A stretch of DNA of 64,000 nt from contig CP158635.1 in the NCBI GenBank assembly GCA_050273025.1, positions 6,014,001 to 6,078,000 on the forward strand. Reading direction: 5' to 3'. The notes beneath the pieces are model-generated. The model searched no databases and was not told the DNA's origin. It worked only from the letters and a program-made list of their open reading frames with translations. The DNA comes from Cenococcum geophilum. Taxonomy: Eukaryota. Positions 10,878 through 23,418 of this stretch are shown one piece after another; the stretch's first letter is position 1; each line of letters begins with the position of its first letter. Made by a program: the position numbers and the translations under genes.

Positions 10878-13800
10878 AAAGAGAACCATTGCTATATTAT
10901 ATTAAATTATCTAAAATAATAATATTTATTTTGCTAGCCTTATAAATAGCTTTAAAATAGCTTTTATTTATTTAAAATATATTATTAGTATAAAAGAGGT
11001 AAATATAATTATAGTTGCCAAATGCGCAGATTGCTGGTAGGTTGCGCGTAGGTTACGCGTAGGTTGCGCGCAGGCTGCGCGTAGGCTGCGTGTTAAAAAA
11101 ACACGACATAGGCTAGTCGGTCAAGTTGCCAAATGCCCTCAACTGCGCGCCAATTGCGTTAACCACCAACCATTGAGGCTATTGAAAGGGTACCATATTT
11201 TGCCGATATAGGGTTACTTTGCCTCGTCCTGCCCAGAGCTAAAAGATATAGGCGATATTAAGGAGATAGAGGAAGGAGAAATGTTAGATAAGTTAGGAAA
11301 AGAGAAACCCTAGGGAAAGACTCCCCTTTAGGGTACCCTATCGATCTTAAAGAGATTAATCTTAGTTAGTTAATAGATGGAAAGCATTTTATATTTCTAT
11401 ATATAGTATCTTAAAATAGATATAGAGTTAATATAACCGCCCTTATTAACACTAGAGTAAATAGCTTTGCCTTTATAAATATTACCTATATAAATAATAT
11501 TACCAAGTTTCTAAATATAGAAGCCATCTAACTAGAGAAGCCTATTTAGGTAAAAGGCTATAACGGCTAAGCTGGTTGGCCTATTACCTACGTCTTAAAG
11601 TTACATATTGCTCTTAACGGACGACGCCAATACAGTATCCCCTTTTACATCCTAGACCTAGGGTCTTACGATATAATCCTTAGACAAAAATAGATATCCT
11701 ATTTTAATATCTAGTTAAATATACAATAAAGACGGTTTATCTAGCCGGAGGATAGACTAAAGTTGCCCTCCTTTATTAGGGAGATCCGAACTAACCGTAA
11801 GACACTAGCCGTAAGGGCTAACCCTATTTACTAGTAGGATATCTGGGCCCGTGACCTAGCCTTTACCTAAGAAGACGCCCGCCACGAAGCTAGAAAGAAC
11901 TCTATACTGATAAAGATACTCTCCTAAAGCGCTACGTTTAAAGAGGACTTTACGTACGGAAGCGGGACAAATAGTAACATAGACGACGTCTAAATTGCAC
12001 GGATTTAACTGGTATGGAAAAGAACATATTAATAGGATATAAGGGATAACCTCTAAAAGATATAATAGGAGCTAAAAGGGGTAATAATAACGCCAGTACC
12101 CCGGAAGTCCCTAAAGTCATATACACCCCTATTGTTAGGCAACCCCCCTACCGTAGATATCGCCGCAATTAGCGCTATAGCATTCCACTTTAATATATAC
12201 CGGAAGAACAATAAGGTCTTTACAACGAGCCTATATAAGATTAACCAAATTATTAATAATAGAGAGGAAAGGCTAGCTAAGGAAACTAACAAGGAACTAG
12301 TTAAATGCCTTCTTTTTACTATTTATACAAACTACAAGGATGCATTCTTAAAGGCGGCCTTAGATAAGTTACCCCCCTACCAAACATACGATTATAAGAT
12401 TCAATTAGAAGCCAATAACTCGCTAGGCTATAGCCCCCTCTACTATTAATTAACGGATAAGCTAAAAGTAATAAAGTAGTACTTAATTGATAACCTGGAT
12501 AAGGGGTTTATTAAGCCAAGTTAAGCCCCTTTTACTTCCCCTATCCTGTTCGTAAAAAAGCCTAATAGAGGCCTTCATTTTTATATTGACTATTAGAAGC
12601 TAAACGCTATTACTTAAAAGGACCAGTATCCTATTCCTTTAATTAATAAGACCCTTATACGTCTAAGCTAGGTAAAGATCTTTACTAAACTTAATATCCG
12701 TTAAGCTTTTTACTAAATTAGGATAAACCCTATATTTAAAGATTTAATAACATTCCGTACCCGTTATAGTTCCTATAAATATAAAGTTCTTCCTTTTAGA
12801 CTAATAAACGGACTAGCTACGTACTAAAGGTATATAAATAATATTCTTTTTAATTACCTTAACGAATTCTGCACGGTATACCTAAACGACATTCTTATAT
12901 ACTCGGATAATAAACTTAAGCATTAAGTTCATATTAAGAAGGTCCTGGAAAAACTACGGAACACGGGCTTATAAGTTGATATTAAGAAATACAAGTTTGG
13001 GGTAAAACGTATAAAATACCTTAGGTTTATCGTAACTATAGAAGGAATTAAGGTCAACCCTAAGAAGGTAGAGGTAATCTATAACTAGAAGCCCCCTTAT
13101 ATAGTAAAAGGAATCTAGTCCTTCTTTAGCTTTTATAACTTCTACTACTGGTTTATCTATAACTACGGAATTGCGGTAAAACCTCTTATATAACTAACTA
13201 GGAAGGATACGCCTTTTATCTTTAATAATAGCTATATAGAAGCCTTTAAAGAGATAAAGGATTAGCTTATCTTTTCCCTAATCCTTTATCACTATAACCC
13301 GGACCTTAAATTAATGCTAGAAATGGACGCCTCTAATAGGGTCGTAGCGGGAATCCTATTATAGTTATATCTAGACGGCGAATGGTACCCTATAGCTTTC
13401 TTCTTAAAGATAATAGACCCGGCTAAGTGTAACTATAAAGTATATAATAAAGAAATGCTAGCTATTATTTAATTACTTTTCTAATAGCGCGTAGAGCTCG
13501 AAGGTATATATTCCTAAATTAAGATATATATAGATTATAAAGCCCTAAAGTACTTTATAACTACAAAGCAGCTTACTAAATAATAGGCCTAATGGGCCGA
13601 AATACTCTCCTAATTCTTCTTTACAATTATATATTGTTCTAGTAAGTAAAACTTTAAGGCTAATGCCCTAACCTAAAGAGAATAAGATGTAGGCCCCTAG
13701 GATAAGCTAAAGACCTAATATTAGACGCATGCCCTTCTTTATCTAGAACAGCTTGACCCACAGATCATTAAGGAGCTAGACTCTTAGTAAAACGAGCTAG

Positions 13801-14280
13801 CACTAATAAAGGAGTCCTTAGATAAGCTAATAGGGCTAATTAACCGCCTCCTAACTATAAACTACACGGCTGACGCCTTAAGGGCCCTCCGTAAATAAGC
13901 TGTAAAAGAAGACCCTAATTTTAAGACGGAGGAAGGATTGCTCCTATACTAGGAGCGGCTTATAGTCCCTAACGTTAACAATTTATAAACTAAACTAATC
14001 CGCGAAGCTTATTACTAAGTCTCTACAGCACACCCTAGCAAGAATAAAACCTATAAAATCATTAACTGCCGCTACTACTGGCCGAAAATAGTTGCGAATA
14101 TTAATCGATATATACGGAACTGTGAAGACTATTAGAGAGCTATAATCCCACGGGATAAGACCCTAAGACTACTTAAGCCACTCCTAATACTAGAGCGCCC
14201 TTAGCAGTATATCTTTATAAACTTCCACAAACTACCTAGGGACTGTAATGGATACGATATGGTTATAGTTATAGTTAACC

Positions 14281-17200
14281 TGTAAGAGGCCAGCCTAACT
14301 AGAACATATAATTATCTAATTAACAGTGTCACCAGTAAGTAGAAGGTAAGTTAAAGGTAAATAGAAGGTAAGTTAAAGGTAGAATGAGTTTTACATATTA
14401 AAGGACAAATGCTTCTAACTACTTCTATTTAGAGACTAATCGCTAGTTCTTCTCTAGAGGAGAACTAGCTCCCTATATAATCTTTCTAAGACGCTAGCAA
14501 AACCCTTTACCCCTTATCTGTCTAACTATGTCTTTTGGGACGTAGATAGAATATAGGTAAGACCTCCTTTTAGAATATAGATGAGACCTCCTTCTAGAAT
14601 ATAGATAAGACCTTCTTTTGTCTTATCTAATATATACCTTCTAGGGAATTCCATTATAATTACCTCCCCTTTAAGGGTCTTAGTCCTCTAAGACTTCGCC
14701 TCTACTAAGCTTTTATAAAGTTCCGGCTAAAACCACTAAGGAAATTCTTAGTGGAAAGGTACTCTATAATACGGCTTATAGCTAGTTCTTTACTAGCGTA
14801 GAACCTTACTTTATTCTTAGTTCCTCTGCTTTTTTCCTACTATAGTTCCCTATAATGCCTTTATAATAGAACTAAAATAATAATAATAAAAATTAGATGG
14901 GATTCACCTTTCTTATTATAAGAGTTTGTTATAAGTTGATTTGGAGGTTATCCTATATAACGCGTCTATAAGCCACTATCCCTATTTACCTAAAATGGAT
15001 TCTAATAATAATATCTTTATTTTAATTTTCTTCCAGTTTATAAGCTATTGCCTCTTACACGTCTTTTCATCAATAACACCATTCGTCTCGTCTTTCAGCA
15101 AACTATTTCCTCTATATCTCCGCTTTTAGCTTTTATATCTTTAGCTATTCTTTTATAGCTGCTTTATTCTCTTCTTATAACATATCTATAAGTAATAGGA
15201 TCCCTACCTTATCTTTTTATAATAATGCTAACTTCTTAGAGTATTCTCTTATAATGGCTCGTGGTCCCCAGACCAGCGGTAGTGTTATTAATCTTCCGGT
15301 AACGCCTTAGACAGCGTCTGTTGCTCCTGCGGCAGTTTCCCTAAAATGCTGTCATCGCTACATTTATGCTCTTACGTAAGATCCTTCCTACGTTTATAAA
15401 ATACCTCGCTCCGGCGAAAACAAATCCAAGTGCTCTTATTATTGTAGTAGGAGAAAGACCTACGTCCTAGTATTTCCTATTCCGTCCTATTCTAAATTTC
15501 GCTAATTATACTAGATTTCCGCTATCTATGCGCATAAAACTTATAGGCTCTAACACGCTATCTAAGATTTCCGCTAATATCCTAATAGTAATAGGCGGAG
15601 ACAGAAGGTGTCTTCCCTCGCTCGCAGACTCTTTAATTTTATAAGGGTTTCCACTACTATAGAGACGCAACGTTTTCGGATATATAGTATCTAGGAGCAC
15701 ATATGCAAACAGCTCGTCCTTATTAATAATAACATTTATACTCTTACGCAGACTACTTTAGCTAGGTGAGTTTCTCTAGTGACTTACTTAGGAACTGTGC
15801 TAACTCCTTTAGCTAATATCTCTTTAATCCCTACTTAGACGCCAATTTAGAACCTAGGGATACTAAGGATAGCGATAAAGGTTAAGATAAACGTTCTCCT
15901 CGCCAGTCTCCCGCCTATGCTGGTCCTTCCAGTACCTATTGTTCTAAGAAGAATATTAGTGAAAGTGCTAATGCTTTTGGGGATGGAGGAGCTAATAATA
16001 CCGTTAATAATGACGTTAAGATAGAAGAGGAGGCTCCTATTGCTGCTGCTGGTATTTAAGTTATTACCTAGCTCTTTTCTTCTTATAGAATAGCTTTATA
16101 TAGTGCCTCTCGGGTGCCTTTAGGATGCCCTATTATTGGGAATTAACTTTATACTTTAGGGATGCCTTTATTTTAAGCTTTGGTGATAATTTATATAAAC
16201 GTAGTATACTACTATAATCCCCATATATAATAAACGGGTAGTGTTCCTATAGGTGCCTTATAATTCTTTAAAATTTCTAATTCTTTATAGGCTGTCCTTT
16301 TGCTCCTCTTCGTACTATTAACTCTACTATATATCTCCGGTGCCAGGCCAAATACTCTTCTTTTATCCCTAGGGGATCTTACTAAATCCCTAAGGCCACT
16401 TCTTATAGTGCTATTACTCCTTCTTATATAGCGTCTTCTTTAAATAGTATCCCTAGTGGTTCTCCTATAAATTTCTATAGGCTTCCTCTTATAAGATTCT
16501 AGGATCCCTATTATAATAGCGAAACGTTTCCGTTCTTAATGCCTATACTTAATCCTATGGTTTTAATTTACGGGGTTTTCCCTATTACTTTACCTGTAGC
16601 ATATCCAGAACCATTTTTAAGTCTTTACCTTTAGTTCTTAGGAAGGTTTTAATTACGGTGTTATATCCCGGCTAAAGGTACTTCTTAGGTTCCTAACTAT
16701 TATGTGCCTAGAAGTATCCTTCTTAATAAACTAAAAATTCGCGCTTCTTCTGGCGCCATCTTTAGTCTAAAATGTCTTCTATATTCTATTCTAGTTCCCT
16801 ATTAATTTCGCTAGGTAGGGGCGGTTCCGCACCATCTCTTTTTTAGTATAGCTTTAGTAAAGAAACATAAAATATAGGATATATTAGATAAGATTTCAGT
16901 AATTCTAATTCATAGGCTTGGTTTCCTTTAGTTTTTTTAACTATCTTAAAGGGTCTGAGTTACCGGTGATCTAGCTTCTTCTTAATGCGTTTTATTCAGA
17001 TATTTTTTATAAATAATAAGACTTCGTCTCCTATCTTAAATTCTTTCGGCATATATTTTTTGTTATAGTACCTTTTTTGCACAGCCTAGGCGTCTAGCAA
17101 GTGCTTTTTAAGTTCCTCTCTGCGAATTCTTATTTGCTTAATTCTTTTGAACGCCGCTAATGCCTCTCTTTTAGGAACGATGTCCTTAACGTTCTAGGGG

Positions 17201-20200
17201 TTATTTACTTTTACCCCAAATAATGCTTTATAAGGGGTCATTTTTATACTACTATAGATGCTTATGTTATACACGTGCTGCGCTAAAGCTAACTATAATG
17301 TCTAATTATCCTGTTAATAATTAATATAGTAGCGGAGGTAGTGTTCCAATAACGCATTTAGATGCTCTATTTGCCCGTCTATTTACAGGTAAAAGGTAGT
17401 GCTTATCCTTTGCCGTATTTTCAATAAGAGATAGAATAAAGACCAAAATGCACTATTAAATACGGTGCCTCTATTAGACACAATTCCCCTTAGCGTACTA
17501 AACGAGAGCCACCGTTCCAAAAATAGGTCTGCCAGTTCTGCTACTATAATCGTTGTTATAACAGCAAAGTATCCTAAAAACTTTGTATACCTGTTGACGA
17601 TTACTAGAATAGCGTCAGCAACCTCTTTAGTTCTTATCTTGGTAGGGGGTAAGCCTGTAATAAAATCCATTATTAATTCTAATATGGGTCCCTGCGGAAT
17701 AGGAAGCACTAATAACTCGCCGTATAGGCAATGCCTGGATATCTATATCCTTTGGCACGTATTATACCTCAATATATAGTCCTTAACCTCTTCAGACATT
17801 CCATCCTAAAAGTATTTCCTTTAAACGGCCTTAAGGGTTCTATTGGCACCGTAGTGACCCCTAAGAGGGTCATTATAGAAGACCTTTAGAATTTTATCTT
17901 AAATTGCTTGGTCCTTCAAGATATATACAGCACCCTTAAAGCGTAATAGACCCTTTTAGTCTTGCTACTATAGCTTTTTAGTGACTCTAGCTAAGTTGGT
18001 CTCCACTATATCTTTCCACCTCTCCCTAGAGGCGAAGGCGTCCCTTTATTAAGCTTAAAGAAGAAGATCCGGAAAGGTTTCGTGCAGATTACTTACTTCC
18101 ATTTCGCCTGCCGCTATTATAAACTTAAGGTGTAGTACGAGACGTTTTAAACTATTAGTGCTAGCAGATTCTCCTACCGTTATATAGTATACTATACTAC
18201 AGATAGGTATCTCGCCTATCCCCTTTAGATCCGAGAACTCGCAGCTAATGCGCCGTCAAGTTAAAGGTGCCGCGATACCTCTAGCACATCCTATAGAATT
18301 CTCGCTAATTCTAGGGTACGCCAACTTTATAACATCTGCTTAGTCTATAACCTAGTCTATAACTATATCCTACGGCTCTATAATTATATCGCTTTACAGC
18401 TGCATCGCTAGGACCTCTACCCTACCGCGAAATTCTATAGTTCTAAGGAAAGAGTCTTCTTTCTTCCTAAGCAAATTTTATAATGTGGGGATTATTTCCC
18501 CTGTGCTGTCTTAGATCCTCCCTATCTTATAATCCGGACGTCTTAATAACCCATTAGCAGGATTTATCTTTCCTAGGCGGTACGTAATCTTAAAATCATA
18601 CTGCGATAGTGCCTTTGCCTACCTAGCTTGTCGACCGCTTAACACCTTTATAGTCATAAAGTATTCTAGGTTGTTATAGTCTATAAGGACTTTAATGGGA
18701 TAATTGCTTCCTATACAATAATGTCGCCAGTACTTTATTACTATAATTATCGCGAGCAGCTCCTAGTTATACGTTATGTAACGCTACTCTATAAGGGTCA
18801 TTTTCCTTAACTAAAACGCCATAAAATGCTATTTTCCGTCTTTTAATTGAGATATAATTGCCCCTAGGGTAAAGCCAGATATATCCGTTTTAAGGTATAT
18901 ATATAGCTCCTAGCAGAAGTATATTAGGATAGGCGCCGATATAAACAAATCCTTTAACTGGTCTATAGCCTACTTAGCAGCTTCCCTAAATATAAAGGGT
19001 CCTAACTTCCTGCTATTCTTAAATCCTTTTAGTAGATCAGTAATTAGGAGTATTACTTATAAGTAGTAAACAATAAACGTTTAGTAGAAGTTCGCCGTAC
19101 CTAAGAAAACCTATACTTCTCTAAATGTCATAGGGTAGGGCTATTCCCTAATGGCGTCCACCCGACTTTTCTCTATTGACACTCCGTTAACGCTAACAAT
19201 AAAGCCTAAAAAATTAATGCTAGTAGTATAGAACGTGCACTTTTTTAGGTTTATATAGAGCTTATATTCCCATAGTCTTTCTAGTACTATTTACACGTGG
19301 TGTATATATACTTCGTAGTTATTAGAGTAGACTATAATATCATTAAGGTAGACTATATATATTATGTCTAATAGGCCCAACAATGCCTTATTAATATAGG
19401 CCTGAAATATTACTGGTACGTTAGTAAGCCTAAATGGCATTACTAGGTACTTAAAGTGGCGTACTATATTTAGAACGCCGTTTTCTATTTATCGCCAGCT
19501 TTAATCCGGATTTAATGGTATACATCTTTTAGATCCAATTTTATAAATATCTTTATGCCCAACAGCCTGTTAATAAGCTCCCCTATTAAGGGTAACGGGT
19601 AGCAATTCTTTATAGTAATCTTATTTAGCGCCCGATAGTTAATATAGAGGCAAAGGGTCCCGTTCTTCTTAGGTATAAATATAATCGGTGCCCCTACCAG
19701 GCTTATAAAGGGCCAAATCCATTCTCTTTAAAGATTGTCCACTATATATTAACATAGTACCGCTAGCTCATTTTCTAACAGGTTATACAGCGGTCTAAAA
19801 AGAGGTTATTTATTCCCTATATCTATCTTATACTTAACCAATATGGGGTTAAGTAAGGTTTGTGCAGCCTCTTTACTAGAAATATCCTCTAAGTCTATAT
19901 ATTCCTATAGAATCTCTAGTTCCTTAACTGCGCATAGCCGGACATCCAAAAATAAATATCCTGTGTCCCCGTTCTTGGTGTCAAAAGTAGCATATATAGT
20001 ATATACCCACCCTTCTTCTTACACATAGTTTAAGAAAGTCTCTTAATCTTCAACTATAATGCGCGGTTAAGACTTCCGATGTTAATATAAGGCTAAAGGC
20101 CAATCAATATCCGGATTAACTTGGTAAAGCTATAGGTATCCTAAAATAAGGTTATACCCCTTAATTTCTACAGCATAGAAGCATATCTCCTGCGTGTCCC

Positions 20201-22066
20201 ATAGACTATTACAGTCCTAGCTGGCCACAGAAAAAGCTTATTCCCTATAGTATAGAATCTAGTAGCCTCTAATGCTTTAAACAGTGCGCACCTACAAGCC
20301 GCTAAGGTCTAAATCTAATTCTTTTACTAGTAATTAAGAAATAAACCCTATACTCACGCCGCTGTCTATAAGGCAGTCTCGCGTTACCTATTTATTATTA
20401 ACTTAAATAGAGACAGGAATAACTATACGGCAGTTTACTCCCTCCTTCTCTTACTGGCCTAGTATAAGGGAGTAAAGATCTACTAGGCTATCTCTTTTTC
20501 TAATTAGGCTAACTCTTGCTTCTTTTACCGGCAGAAGCGGCTTATATGGCCCTTCTTACCGCAGTTATAACAGGTGCGTGTCTTTTAGTTCCCCTCCTAC
20601 GGATTAGGTCTCTACCCATTGTTATTTTAAGGTTAACTAGCGTTACTTTAGGGCTATAAGGCCTGCTTACGTTGTCCTTTTATAGAGCGGTTAGGTCAGA
20701 ATCTACCCCTATTATTAAAGCTAGGTCTAGTCTTACGCTCTTTATTATTGGCGTCTCGTTCCTTTCACTTACCTAGATAATCTCTTTTAGCACTTTTAAT
20801 CCGAGTAGCTTTAGAGATAAGCTTTTCTCAAAAGGTAGGAATTTCGCCCTTTTCTTATATAGCCTGTTAAATCTTAGGTTATAGCTTAGCAAGTAGCTGG
20901 TGAAGTTATATAGCGTTATCCTATAGATCTAAGTAGGGTATATTGTCTTCTAGTTTTTTTAAGTAGTTTATAAACTAGACCACAGTCTAACTATCCCGCT
21001 ATTTGGCGTTATGGTATTACTAGTTATAGTCTATCCTTTAATTAGTAGGGTCTTAAACCTAATTAACTAACTAGGTCCTAAGTTCGCTAAATTTAAGGGG
21101 TATAGTAAGTTTCTTCTCATAGCGTGTCTATGAACTCTTAACGGTGCCACGTAGGAAGGTAGAAGTAATTAGTGTCTAATTATACTCGTTAGAGTAATAT
21201 TTCAAATCTAGCTAAAACTTAGTTTCGTATTATTGGATAAAATAATTGTAGTTCTAAAGACTATTACTATAGTACTTATTAGGTTCCTTTATGCGGAATT
21301 TAGGTTTTTCTAACGTTACAGTATAGTGTGGCGTTACCCCTTTAAGTCCGCTTTGTGTCTAGGGTATCTATACTTCCCCTAATTATCCTTACAATTATTT
21401 TTAGTAGTCTTAATATACTTATCTTAATCGTATCTCTAACTCCTTTGTTTTTTATAGGGTCTTATATAGCAACCGCTCCAATAACTCCCTAGCGGTAATC
21501 GTTTTTAAAGGTCTTATAAGGTTAGACAGACTAGCCGTAGCTTCTTCATAGAAAGAGGGAATGCGCTCCTCTAGGGAGACTCTTTAAGCCTCTTGCGGTA
21601 AGGGCGTTGCTTTATAGGGTATAGGAGTATAATTCGTTATCGTTAATTAATAGCCGTACGTTCCTAACGGATTGTAAGTAATTAGAATTATAAGAGGCTA
21701 GCTTAACCGGAATGTATAATTATCTAATTAACAGTGTTACCGGTAAGTAGAAGGTAAGTTAAAGGTAAATAGAAGGTAAGTTAAAGGTAGAATAAGTTTT
21801 ATATATTAAAGGACAAATGCTTCTAACCACTTTTATTTAGAGACTAATTGCTAGTTTTTCTCTAGAGGAGAACTAGCTCCCTATATAATCTTTCTAAGAC
21901 GCCAGTAAAACCCTTTACCCCTTATCTATCTAACCGTGTCTTCTAGGACGTAGATAGAATATAGGTAAGACCTCCTTCTAGAATATAGATGAGACCTCCT
22001 TCTGGAACATAGATAAGACCTCCTTCTATCTCATCTAATATGTACCTTCTGGGGAATTCCGTTATA
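14281..22066 (-). mobile_element. Ty3/Gypsy chromovirus B, full length, RIPed, inserted in the integrase of Gypsy A
   Basis: 378-bp LTRs at 14281-14658 and 21689-22066, TSD TAACC, PPT complement attacctccccttt at 14659. Minus-strand gag with CCHC near 20550, RT, RNase H, integrase (MDFITGLP ORF 17383-17709) and chromodomain at about 16640-16800. Confidence 0.95.
15254..16059 (+). pseudogene. RIPed antisense accessory gene inside Gypsy B: three exons, Cys6 zinc-cluster-like N-terminus, acidic C-terminus
   Basis: ATG at 15254. Introns at 15470-15514 (GTATTT..GCTAAT..TAG) and 15766-15812 (GTGAGT..GCTAAC..TAG). Stops in exons 1-2 are TAA/TAG. Reverting RIP-type changes gives C-x2-C-x11-C-x11-C-x2-C-x6-C. 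Confidence 0.65.
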
Positions 22067-23418
22067 TAACCGCTTTAATAAACGCCCGTTTTTAATTCCC
22101 TATTATAAGAATATTAATGCTAAAGAGGCAGCCTGGCTATATATCTATTACGTCTACTAAATCTATAGACTACTAGATACTATTATATCTAATTATAGGC
22201 TATAGTTTATATCGGCCTTCTAGAATAAGTTTATCCAAATCTTAGGCATTAAGCTAAAGCTTTTTACGGCTTATTACCCCTAAATAGACGGTTAGATAGA
22301 GATTGTAAATTAGTACCTAGACTAGAGGCTTAGGCCCTTTATTAACTATTTTTAGGACAACTGGTCTAAACTACTACCCTTAATAGACTACGCGTAAGCA
22401 ACCTTACCCTATAACTCTATAGGGTTTACCCCAATTTAGCTAGAAATGGGATACTTACCCTATATAAGCTTTAACTAAAAAAGGCTAAAAGAACCCTAGA
22501 CTGTATAAGAGAAGCTATCCTATGCTAAGGCCTAATAGTACGCTAAACGATTAGAGGAGGCCTAGATGGTAGCCCGTAAGAACCTAAAAAAAGCTTAAAG
22601 GTTAATAGAACAGTAGGCAAATAAACACCGTTAAGAGCCCGATTTTACCCTTAGCGATATAGTCTAGGTTATAATAAGGAATTAGAAAACTAAACAACCT
22701 AGCTATAAGCTAGACTACTAAATAGTAGGACTATATAAGGTTTTTAAGAAAATAGGCAACTCGTATAAGATAAAGCTTCTAGATTTAATTAGGGTTTACC
22801 CTATCTTTTTACTAGATAAGTTACGGAAAGCTATAAATAACCTATTGCCTAGATAAAAGAATAAGCCTCTCCTACTAGTTTAAGTAAACGGTAATAGTAA
22901 ATGGGAGGTTAACAAAATATTGGCCTATAAGATAGTATAGGGAACGCTAAAATACTATATCTAATAGAAGGGCTACAATCCTAACCTAACCTAGTATCCT
23001 ACGTGGAACTTTATAGGCTGCCCTTAAAAGCTTAAAGAATTTTATAACTAATACCCTAATATGCCTAGGCCCCCAAAGTACCTAGATAAATAGATAAAAT
23101 GCTAGTATAATAAAGATAATAAGTTACTAGAAGAATATAAGGATAAAAACGCCCTAAAGCCCTAATATAGCTATCTGCCAAATTCTGCCATATTCTGCCG
23201 TTTTCTACCAGTACTATAAAATATTAGATATCCAGGAACTTTAACCGCCAGTTAAAGTTGTCTAATTAGTTAGATCCGTGCCAAGACTTTTAACGGCTAC
23301 TCTTTCTAGCCTAGTGCTTCCACTTAGCCTACAATCGCCCTTTATACTTAGTCTGGACGTACTCTTATCCCCTTTATCTCCTTATCTTATATTTTATAAT
23401 CCTATATTTATAAGCCTA

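Larger units (their letters stand above)
9064..11208 (+). mobile_element. Non-autonomous TIR element X, copy 1, made of tandem-repeat arrays
   Basis: TA flanks at 9062-63 and 11209-10. Ends cattaggaaaatat / atattttgccgata fit consensus TIR CATCGGSAAAATAT. Removing the element plus one TA restores the host CX2CX4HX4C spacing. Confidence 0.85.

Noticed and set aside
12132..17709. ORFs 12132-12449 and 17383-17709 as stand-alone genes
   Set aside because: Stop-free remnants of the Gypsy A and Gypsy B pol genes.
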